The translations under genes and the position numbers were made by a program. The notes beneath the pieces are model-generated. The model saw nothing but the letters and a program-made list of their open reading frames with translations. It was not told where the DNA came from and did no database searches. This document shows, one piece after another, positions 12,408-22,843 of a DNA stretch of 64,000 nt (the stretch's first letter is position 1; every line of letters begins with the position of its first letter). The DNA comes from Trichinella spiralis (lineage: Eukaryota), in the NCBI RefSeq assembly GCF_000181795.1, contig NW_003526941.1, positions 6,439,659 through 6,503,658 of the forward strand. Reading direction: 5' to 3'.

Positions 12408-13696
12408 TTGTTTGTAGTGCAATTCGCTAACTTTATGGGCATTTATTCCACAACTATCCGGCAGTTTCCCCTGAAACTCAACATAACACTATCATTCATC
12501 ATTGTGAACATCAAACATTCAATAAAAACTAGAAATTGCGACAAAAACATCTTCAAAATTTTGCGGAAAACAGCAATGGCAGAAAAATGAGGCTATCAGT
12601 GGGAAGAAAAAGAAAAGCCATAAAATATACAAAATAAATACATATGAAAGAAAAATGCTTCTGTGAAGATTTACGGGAAAAGTATAAAGAATTGAGCGAA
12701 GAGAAGTTATTATTCAAGCAAAATTTGTTCCTGACTTTTCTTTAACGCTTACAGAATCCTCAATCCTTAAAATTTTTGAAACGCAATTCCTTCGATTAAT
12801 TGCACTTCTGAAGTGAGAATTGGCCAAAATGAACAGATAGGAATGCAAATTTTACGTGCATTTGTGTATCATTGCATTTATTTTTTTCATAAATGTCAAA
12901 CTTCTTAACCAGTAGTTTTATGAAAATTCTCAAAAAATCATCGATTGCTTATTATTCAAAATTTATGAACATTTATCCCAAGCTCTACTGTTTACAAGTG
13001 TTACAAATGCAGGGAATAATTCCCTGCATTTTCCAAGGACCATTCCGTTGCATTTACTGAACATTAAAATTTATACCCCAAACGATGGGGAAAAATAGCA
13101 TGAATAGAGACATTTAGTTGTGATCAGTTCTTAATTTATTTACGTTTGTTAAAATTTCATGGAATTGTTATCGCAAACTCCGACATTAAAAAATACATTT
13201 TCACATGCGGCACATAGCAACAGTTGAAAAGTGAAATAGAATTCAAAAAAGCACATGTTTGGTATCAATAAAAAGCTAATTGAATAATAGAAATGATGAA
13301 CCACATGTTACAAATGATGACATTCAGGCGTTAATTCTTGTTGAAGGAAGATAATGTTGAAAATTCATTCCAATCAAGCATTCAGCTAACAAAGATGGAA
13401 ATATTTGAAAGAGTTTGATAAGCGTGTATGGCAGATAATTTTAATAAATAGAAATTTTCTCACAAAAATTCTTTCTAATAATATTGCTGCTGATCTGTTT
13501 ATGCATTAAAACAATTCTGACAACTTTTATTTAAGCAATTTCATTGAATAATAACTAATAACCGTTTACAAATACCTTATATTAAACATGATCAGTTTTG
13601 ATAAGAAAGTTGAAACAATTTTGCTGTTTACAATGCTTTTACAAATCTCAATATTGATAAATTATAGTTTTAGCAAATTTCTCAGCAACCAAAATG

Positions 13697-13698
<2 letters not shown>

Positions 13699-13734
<36 letters not shown>
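13699..13734. repeat. (AT)n microsatellite
   Basis: About 18 uninterrupted AT units. Confidence 0.95.
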
Positions 13735-13736
<2 letters not shown>

Positions 13737-14483
13737 ATATGATAGGCAATTTCCCATCGAAACATCGACTGAGATGATCTGAAGGTTAGTTAAAGGAAAT
13801 GAAATAAATATATGCTAGTTTAATACAGACAGCAGAAATCCTGCAAACATCATATGCTTGCACCGAACGTTAGCTCAGCTATAAAAAAAGAACTTACCTT
13901 CAATTGATCGATGATATTGAAGGAGTAGAATTGAACGCGTTGCTTGTCTAGTGATCATCACAATTGATCTGCTGAATAGCTAACTGGACCTTGAAGGAGA
14001 ACATTTCTGAAATGTTGTATAAGAAAAGAGTAAATAAATTACGCAAACAGTACATCATATTACCTTTGGCAGAATGACCAACTGTTTACTCTGTAACAGC
14101 GTAATGCCTTTTGAAAGTCTAATGAACAACTATACGTTATGCAAATGTCGAACAGAGATGACGTAAAATAAGTTTGTTTAATATAATCGAATAAAACGCT
14201 TTAAATAATTTGAAAATATCTTTCTTATTTTAAAATGTCATTTTTCCTATTACATTATTATTATTATGAAAAAGACTAGTTTGAAAGAATATTACAATTG
14301 CATGCTTTTGACGCAATGACGCACAAGTAGTATTGGTGAACTAATTGGATGAACTGGATTATTTATTCGAAAATTAGCTTTATCTTTTTTTATCAAATTG
14401 TTTTGTAAAAAATAATACTTATTTTTCATTAACTTTCCATTACAATATGATTTATTTTTAGCGGAACTGTTCACAGTAATTGA

Positions 14484-16405
14484 ATGGAATTGAGCGCGGT
14501 TTTTGATTCCAAGGTAAGAATTTTGTTACTGAACCTTATTTTCAAATCTTTATTATTACTTGTATTAATTTTGATTTGCGTAATGGTAATATTATTTTTC
14601 CAGTTATTGATTTATTTAAATAATTTTTGTTTGTTAAGAATAATGAAAAAGTAAGCATATATTTATATTTTCCCCTTTTTATAATGATATTTTTGTCATT
14701 TTTATAGACTATGTTACCAGCTGAATCAGCGTGCTTTATAAGTCGTTACAGTGAGCACGTTAAAGTGAATCCGGCTGGTGTTAAGCGGCTGGCTGAAAAA
14801 GTAAATAAAACTGTAAACGAATAACTTCATTGAATTCAATTTTGATGCATATTGTTTTGATCATTTATCACTGATGTTAATTGCATTGGTGGAACATTTT
14901 TACTTTTCATTATTTTCTACCCTAATCTTACTTTACAAATGTTTACATGTAGTAATCTTTTTTCCCAACTCAGATATATGGAGCGTACAAAGAAGGTGAA
15001 TTTGATGACAGTGTTTGGGATAATACTGCTTTGAATCTGAAAGGTAGTCATAACGTTAGCGTTGACTGGTAAGTATTTTGCTGTGTTTCACAGGGCTATT
15101 CGCGTAAGCAGATTTTTCACATTCGTGAATGCTTTTCAATTCTTATTCATCAGGCATAATTTATAAATACTATCAGAAGTATAATTTGATTAGTGAATTA
15201 AAATTCTTTAATTGGCGCAGCATTTGTAGGTGTTTCATTGAAGCTGCGATGAATTTTTCATTTTGGGACAATCCACCGGTTCAGTTTTGTTATAAAAATG
15301 AATATTTTTCCGGATATTTGGCAATGGCAGCAATGATTAAAAATGCTTTAGAAGTAGTAACTTACTATCAAGTCAACTTGTTTTCAATTGAAGATATACA
15401 GTCACTTTGCAGCTGGGTCATCGTGTTACTACTCCATCGTATATTCTGCAGTTGGATTATGATTCTTTTTGCAGTTGTTTGCAATCTGGGCAACCAGTGC
15501 AGCTACCGATGATGTTGGAACGTTGGAAAGTTGTTCAGGAAGGTTGTGAAATTTTGCAAAAGGTGTTGTTAATCTGTCGAAATGAAAAAAAATTATGAAT
15601 TCAGTTTATTATTATTATTAGAACTTCAATGGTACGTTTCTCACCTGCGTTGAGATGGCTAACAACAGTGCAGTAAACTTGTTGAACCTCATCGTCAAAC
15701 ATTTTCCATCTTTTAACGATGTTGCTACATATAAAGGCCGTAAAGGTACCAAAAAAGAACAGAGTTGTTATGCTTGAAAGCGAATATTGCTATTTTCAGT
15801 ATCTTTCCTTAAGAGAGCCCAAATTTTGGTTGCTGACGTTTTCTACTCGTTGAAAGGCGAAAAGCCGGCAAATTTTGACGACATGAATTTGCTGACTATT
15901 TGTGCAGACTATCGCCTGCCTCAGATACTTGCTTATCATGGTGCCATCACGTATTCAAATGAACTGAAAGCTCTTTTGGATAGTGGTGAAATTAATTTTA
16001 TACGAATTTATAAATTTTATAACTTTATTTCTATTTACGGATTTTATATACAGAGCATGTATTTAACTACGGGGAGCAGATGGAAATTGAAATTCGCGGA
16101 TGCTCAATAAAAGCAGTGGCGGTAATCTATTTTTTTAATAATTACAGTCGACTCCGATTAACAGCAACATAAAAAAAATTTCACATATCTACTCGTCCCA
16201 TCCAGAGTGAATAAATTTGTAAAATGTATATTCTGCTCTACAGGACGTTGTGGCTGAAGTGAATCGCATGATTATTGAAAACGAAGACAAAATTACCAGC
16301 ATCAATGAAATTTCCGCTGATTATTATTTATGGTTACAATGCAAGAAGAACGAATCAGCAATGACAACAGTTCCATTTCATCGATGTCGAAGCATTTTTT
16401 ATTAA
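14484..16405 (+). CDS. QNG1: Queuosine 5'-phosphate N-glycosylase/hydrolase (queuosine salvage protein, DUF2419/C9orf64 family)
   Basis: Spliced peptides MLPAESACFISRYSEHVKVNPAGVKRLAEK, W-CFIEAAMNFSFW, FPSFNDVATYKG, SFLKRAQILVADV, TICADYRLPQIL, EIEIRGCSIKAV and ADYYLW, ending PFHRCRSIFY* (TAA 16403-16405). These follow the conserved motif order of the family. The start is either 14484 or the in-frame ATG at 14711. Confidence 0.93.
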
Positions 16406-17669
16406 CATTTTTGAATTATTAGAAATAGCTTAAGAAAGTGAATGGAAATAAATTTGCATACTAATAGAATTTTGCATAATACGGAATGCAATTTAAATAG
16501 AAAGATCGTGCAGCAATAAGCAGTGTCATTTAATGAAGTTTTCGATTACATTTATGCTATTACTCTACTGATGACTAGAATTTAGGTTGTTTCACCAAAG
16601 GAAAAGTGCCTCGCCATTTTCATAATGCAATTAAATAAAAAGTAATAATAATAACACTTACTTGTGCAAAGAAAGTGGAAACGCGTGGCGTATGTGGCGT
16701 GCTGTGCTGTGGCAATGCGACCAGTACACGCTGAGTGAATTCCATATAACCATACAGGCAGAGATATATTCTGAAAATGTAAAAGTGCTATTATGCTAAT
16801 TTAAGCTTCACTTCAGTGCATACATCTTTGAAATATGCGCTAATCATCCGCGAAATGATCCAAGTCAAAGATTGGTCAACAAACACAATTGAGCAATACT
16901 TCACTTCCGGATTCACAACCACTGCTAAAATATTACCATAAATTTTCACATTATCAAAACTGAAACAATATGCAGGCAGCACTGGCCAGTTACGATTCTT
17001 TACTGTGGAAAACAAAAATACACTTAATGTTAACAAATATGTCATGCATTAAATTCCCAAATAATAAGCAGCAACCCACGAATGAATCGAATAATAACAA
17101 TAATAACGCTAACTTTTGCAAATCAAGAGAAAAAGTGAACAACTCGACACGGCAACTGAATTCCACATAACCAGAGATGCATTATGCAAAATTAAAACTG
17201 CTATTAACAAAAAATGACAGCTCTGAGAATGGCAATTTACAAGTTGTTTGAATTATTACCGAACTTATTTCAAATTATCAGAATTACATTTCTTGCCTCA
17301 CTCGAGGGTTGATGAGAGATGTATAACAACTTTGAAATCGAACGTGCAATAAAAGAAAAGTAATAAATGTAAATTTATCCACTTTACCTCCTTCCTCAGG
17401 CATTCATTTAACTGGCCATATATAAAATCTGCAATTTCAGCTCAATCAAGCACTACGTGCTCATTGCAGAGTTGCTGTCCAATTTGTTTGGGTTAATTTT
17501 TCTCAACTGTACCATTTTCATCAAAACAACAACAGTACAGTTCATTTAAAAAAGTGAGTATCATCTGATCGCATATTGAAATAAATAAAAAAAATATGTT
17601 GTTTTTCAGATATCTGCTAATATATAATTATATATATATATAATTTTGTCAATTATTACAACAGCAGCC

Positions 17670-17832
17670 ATGATGGTACGTGCTTTGAAAAATTCCAAAA
17701 AATATTCACCGTAGTTGAATTAGTTGTTTATAGAAGATTGATGCAACGGTATGTTTCGCCTTCACAGTGACAATAGCAGGACTAATACTGATCTGGATTT
17801 TACGATTCATTGCTGATTCAGAAAGTGAATGA
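17670..17832 (+). CDS. Candidate 34-aa single-pass membrane microprotein (2 exons)
   Basis: GCC ATG ATG|gtacgt (17670-17675), a 58-nt intron ending tttatag, and exon 17734-17832 give MMKIDATVCFAFTVTIAGLILIWILRFIADSESE*. Confidence 0.45.
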
Positions 17833-18624
17833 AGATGAAGAAGAAAATCGATGACAATAATGAAATGAAAATTTTAAAAATATTTTTATGCTGCTTTTTA
17901 TTTTTTTAACCTTTGACTTCAAATTCCACCCATTAACATGTGAAAAAGCAAAAAAATATCAGCTATAAAAAACTTGCAAATAATGTTGCATACAGCTGCC
18001 ACATCATCATCATTATTGAACATGTTGTGAATGTTGAAAAGTAAATTATAAAAACAATGCAATGCCAAAATGCAAGTGAAAATTCGTTTATAACATTATA
18101 ATGATTTGATGCTTTAATTAAATTTACTAATGCAATTTAATTTTTGAATTGAAATGGGTGAACAATCTTTTGGAAAATTCGGCATAATTTCAGACTTAGC
18201 CTACCTGTAGAGAAAACAATTAATTAATAATAATTTGCAAAGCATTTCTGTGCTACCGTAATAATAATTCATTGAACAGTAAAATTATTGAATACGGAAG
18301 AATTCGAATAAAGGAGAAAATATTTACTTGCAGACTTGCATTCTCCTGCTATACTAATTATCAATTAGCAACAGCCAGTTTTGTGAATCAGAAATACTGT
18401 TCAGAAGAATCAGGCCATTTCACGAAACCACTTACGCTTAAAATTGTGTTCTTGTAAACAGTCAATTTAAATTACTATTAAAAATTAAAATTTTCAAGAA
18501 AAAGAACAAAAACAACAAGTCAGGCAGAAATTTTTATAAAAGTGAAGAAGACCTCCCATTATCAATTATTATTTCTTTACTCAGAAGCATCAAACCACAC
18601 CTTTTTGATTGAAAATTCACTGCA

Positions 18625-20236
18625 ATGAAATATACAATTTTAAAATTATTCCTATACTTATGCATCATGAACATGACATCAGCTCATCTTATATGGGTTT
18701 CAGATGGTAAGCACTTTTTTCTCTCATTCATTTTCTGCAACCAATTCAAAAAATCCTTAAAATTGGCAGTAGTAGCTTTTTTTTCAAATTTTCACTTCCA
18801 ATTAAACTTTACCGACTTATCGAAGACAAAGAAAAGAAAATCAGCAAAGCATAGTGTAATGTGAACATAATGAACAAATCTTTTACCACAAAACAAGCAA
18901 ATGCAAGCAGAAAGAACAACAGATGAAATCAAGTTCCAATACACATAATTCTTTCACTGCTAACCTCAGAAAAATTAAGTTTTGAAAAAAAACTAATATC
19001 ATTTTGAAAAAATTTTTAAATATTCGCATAAAAAACCAACTTACAGGCATGATGATTTTCAGGCGTCTTAATATTTGACTCGGGTTCGAATTTTAAAAAC
19101 CAATACCATCTTTTTTTTCAATCAGAATTTTTCATTTATTAGCTCGCTTCCATGAGCCAATAAACCACTGATAATGAACGAACTGAATTCTGAAAAAAAT
19201 AATACTTGATTTCTTGAAAACTTTCTATGGTAATATAAATTATGTTACAACTACGTTTTTGAGTTTTACCACATTATTTCATTCAACTGTATGTTTATAA
19301 ATTTACTGAAAAATATTTAAATTATTATTTTACAAAAAAGAAATAAAAGATGCAAAACAATCACCCGCATGCTCATCCAAGAAGCATATATTCATACAGA
19401 GGGGCTGTGGAATAGTAGTAAAAATAAAATTCAAAACTTCACAACGCATTCCAGGCTATAATCGATGCCAGGGAAGTTATACAATAAGCTGCCATGCTGG
19501 TTTGTGCCCACCGATGTATCGGTGCACAAGTGGACGATGTTGTCCTGCAGTAGGCGCCGTTGCATACCCATCATTTTCACATCATTACCGTATTCCAGTA
19601 TATAAAAGTAAGCTCGTTTAAAATTTTAATAATTAAAAAACATAATAGAAAAAATATTACATTAAAAAAATTATATCAATCACTCTACCAATCATACGAT
19701 TAAATGATTTAAAATTTATAAATAAACAAAGAAATCGTAGAAAACAAGTAATTCTAAAAGCTGTGAAACAGTGCTACCTACCTACCACTTTTGACGCTTG
19801 GTATCGGAAAAAATTAATTAAACCAAAACCATCCGAATTCGATTAGAATGTTTATGCGGTGCATTTGTAACAAAATATGACGCATATGATAGAGAAATTA
19901 AAATCACGCTTCGATCAAACAACATCAAGTAAGAAGGTGCAAATTATCGCTCCTGTAACTAAATATACCCTTTTAAAGTTATAATTATATCATAAAGAGT
20001 GAATTTCACTCATTCAGTGTTGTTAATTTTTGTCACTGCATAAACTTTACGCCCTTTTGATAAGTGACGTTTCAGCATCGTACAATCGATTGGGTCGATG
20101 TCCTGTATTTTATGGTCGAATGGTTCCAGCAGTGTTCAGGCGTGATTCTTGCTTAACAACAGCACACTGTCCTCTTGGAATGACGTGCTGCCTGACTTTG
20201 ACTGGAAGACAATGCCTTTACGCCCGCAGTCTTTAA
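18625..20236 (+). CDS. Small secreted cysteine-rich protein: CC/Lustrin-like domain plus WAP-like domain
   Basis: Exons 18625-18706 (signal MKYTILKLFLYLCIMNMTSA), 19455-19607 (CQGSYTISCHAGLCPPMYRCTSGRCCP) and 20076-20236 (GRCP...DSCLTTAHCPLGMTCCLTLTGRQC). All junctions are phase 1 and in frame. Confidence 0.8.
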
Positions 20237-20607
20237 TCCACCACCATTTTGATTTACGTCAGTGCGAATTCACGAATTACTTGCAGTACACAGTACAAAT
20301 AAACAAATTCCCACCAAATAATTGAATTGTTTCTCTCAGGTTTGTTTTCTGAAAAATTAAAATTCATTAAAATAATATTTCCCACACGGATGGCATTCGA
20401 TGTTGTATCCCGGAGAGACGGACAAAGTGTGCAATTCTGTACGAGAATGCTAAACTTCAATTTCCATAAAAAGTAAAATAATTTTCATTTTCCAAACAAA
20501 CATTTTATTTACCTCTTCTTCTTAATAAACAATATTTATTGTTCAACGAACGCGCTGAAGCCGAAACAATGTAACAAAGTGACAAATTTTGAGTGGGGGA
20601 AAAAAAT

Positions 20608-21602
20608 TCACTCCACGTTTTCTGATTTCAAAAACGCATTGTACTTGTCTTCATCCATCAAAGTGTCCAACTCGGATTCATTAGCCACTTCAACTTTGAA
20701 CAGCCACCCTGCAGCACCACAACCATGTTGTATGGCATTTTTTTGAAATGGAAAGTAGAAATAAAAAAAATAGAAAATACAATTCATACCATCATCATAA
20801 CAGGACTTGTTTATAAGAGACGGATTCTCTTCCAATGCTCGATTCACTTCGGCTACAGTACCCGATACTGGACTGTATATATCACTGGCAGCTTTCACAC
20901 TTTCCACCACTCCGCACTCGGCTGCAGAATAATAAGCAATTTTTTGATATAGTAAATTATTTCAAAACAAACATTTTGTCACCAAATTGTTTTAGTTCGG
21001 TCTGCAATTCAGGCAGCTCAATGTAAACCACTTCACCTAAAGCTTCCTGAAAAGAGAAATTATCAGAATCGGTGCTCAACTATTGAAACAATGTAAATAA
21101 ATTTACTTGAGCATAATCAGTGAGTCCAACAGTTCCAATTTTGTTGTCGACGCTAATCCATTCATGCTTTTCAGTGTACTTACGATTAGCTGTAATCGAA
21201 AGTATGAAATAATTGAAACATAATAATAATTCATTAAGTCAGTAAAAGAGAAAATAAAAATTAAAAAAAACAACAAGTAAATACAAACAAATGCAGACTG
21301 ATGTAACGAATGGTTAGGAAAATAAAAATTTCATCAAACAAGTATGCTACCGCTTTTTCATTTGATAATTTCATCTTTTTGTCACTTGCTTTCAATAATA
21401 AATTCATTAGTTAAAATTTCATGAGAAATACAAAAATGAAGAGAAAATCATCGAGCAATTAGTAGAAACAAAATTACAGACCTAATGAAGGTGACTTGGA
21501 AACCCACAAACGCTGTGTAGCATTAAAGAGTGAAACTTCAGCTAACTTTCTCAGTACAGATGTCGACTGGCCAAATAGAACATTTCTGAAAAATAAACTC
21601 AT
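20608..21602 (-). CDS. GCSH: Glycine cleavage system H protein, mitochondrial
   Basis: Transit-like exon [14 protein letters not shown]..., then [32 protein letters not shown], the lipoyl-lysine motif [16 protein letters not shown], and GWLFKV. Confidence 0.96.
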
Positions 21603-22019
21603 CGTTGAAAGCTATGAAAGCGACTATGTAGAAAAAGCATAACACGCATGACAATGTATGAAATGACTGTAGAAAGTCAAGTTTCATTTTAAAAAAAATT
21701 TTACAGTTTGTATTTAAATCATAACGAAATTTAATTTAGCAAACTTTTTTTTATATAAATGAAAAAGCAAATTATAAATGATTTTATTAATTAAATTCAT
21801 TTTCAATTACCGTAATTTGAAATTACATTATTATCATAAAAGCACAGTAATAAAGTGTCAAACTGGTTTGTTTGAATTGTAGCAGAAATTTTTATCATCC
21901 TAACAATATATGAATTGTTTATTATTTTTTATAAACATTCATTTAAAGGGTTAATTTTAATTAATTATTTACTTATTATGCATTTTTTTAACAAATTAAT
22001 ATTTTTATATAATTAAATT
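21603..22019. promoter_or_regulatory. Short divergent (bidirectional) promoter region between GCSH and RFK
   Basis: Head-to-head start codons separated by 417 bp of very AT-rich sequence; inferred from gene geometry only. Confidence 0.5.
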
Positions 22020-22673
22020 ATGCTCGAGGAAAAAATTGAGCCATATTTTTGCTCCGGTATTGTCGTTCGAGGATTGCAAAGAGGCGGTCGTCAGCTTGGT
22101 TGTCCAACGGGTGCGTGCAACAGATTAACAAATTTCCATTTTCCATTCATTGAAAAGATTGTTTTAGCAAATTTTTCGGACGACGTCGTCGCCCAATTGC
22201 CGCAACAATTCCAAGCAGGCGTATATTACGGTTTTGCCAGTGTCGACAATGGCGAAGTGTATGAAATGGTGATGAGCGTTGGTCAGAACGTCCAATTCAA
22301 CGATACGAAGAAAACAATGGTGATTCAAATTTGAAAAATTTTCCTTTCACACCATTATGCCACTGAACGGTTGTCGTGTTCACCGCAGGAAGTCCACATT
22401 CTGCACGCGTTCGACCGGGATTTCTATGGGTCTCTGTTGAAAATAGTGATCTTAGGTTACATTCGGCCAATGGTCACTTTCAATTCTTTGGGTAAAGAAA
22501 GCAATTGAATCGGTCATAGAAATTCCAATTTTCTGCTTGCTTTAATTCTTCTTCTCATTCGTTTGTTTCTAGATCAGTTGAGTGAAGCGATTCAAAATGA
22601 CATTTGTTTTGCAAGTGAAAAACTGAAATTGCACGAATACCAGCTTTTCAAAAAGCATCCGTATTTTTCGTGA
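22020..22673 (+). CDS. RFK: Riboflavin kinase
   Basis: GIVVRGLQRGGRQLGCPT|AN, GVYYGFASV, MVMSVG.N, EVHILHAFDRDFYG, GYIRP and L.EAIQNDI; 4 exons, stop TGA at 22671-22673. Confidence 0.95.
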
Positions 22674-22843
22674 AAATTATGTGAAAAGTGAAAATCGAAT
22701 TCCTCTTCGATTAGCAACACACAACAACGCGTAACTAACTGATGATATTTGATAATTCTTCAATTAAAAAAAACTGAAACTTATTCACATGCATGCACGT
22801 TTTCAATAAACAAGATAAATTGTTGTAAAAGAAAGTTTATTTT

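Noticed and set aside
14859..14899. H/ACA snoRNA in a QNG1 intron (hairpin followed by ACATTT)
   Set aside because: Only one short hairpin, with no convincing pocket, first hairpin or H box.
17251..17270. Spliced-leader RNA gene (TTATTACCGAACTTA resembles Trichinella SLs as I recall them)
   Set aside because: No AG|GT donor or downstream Sm site follows.
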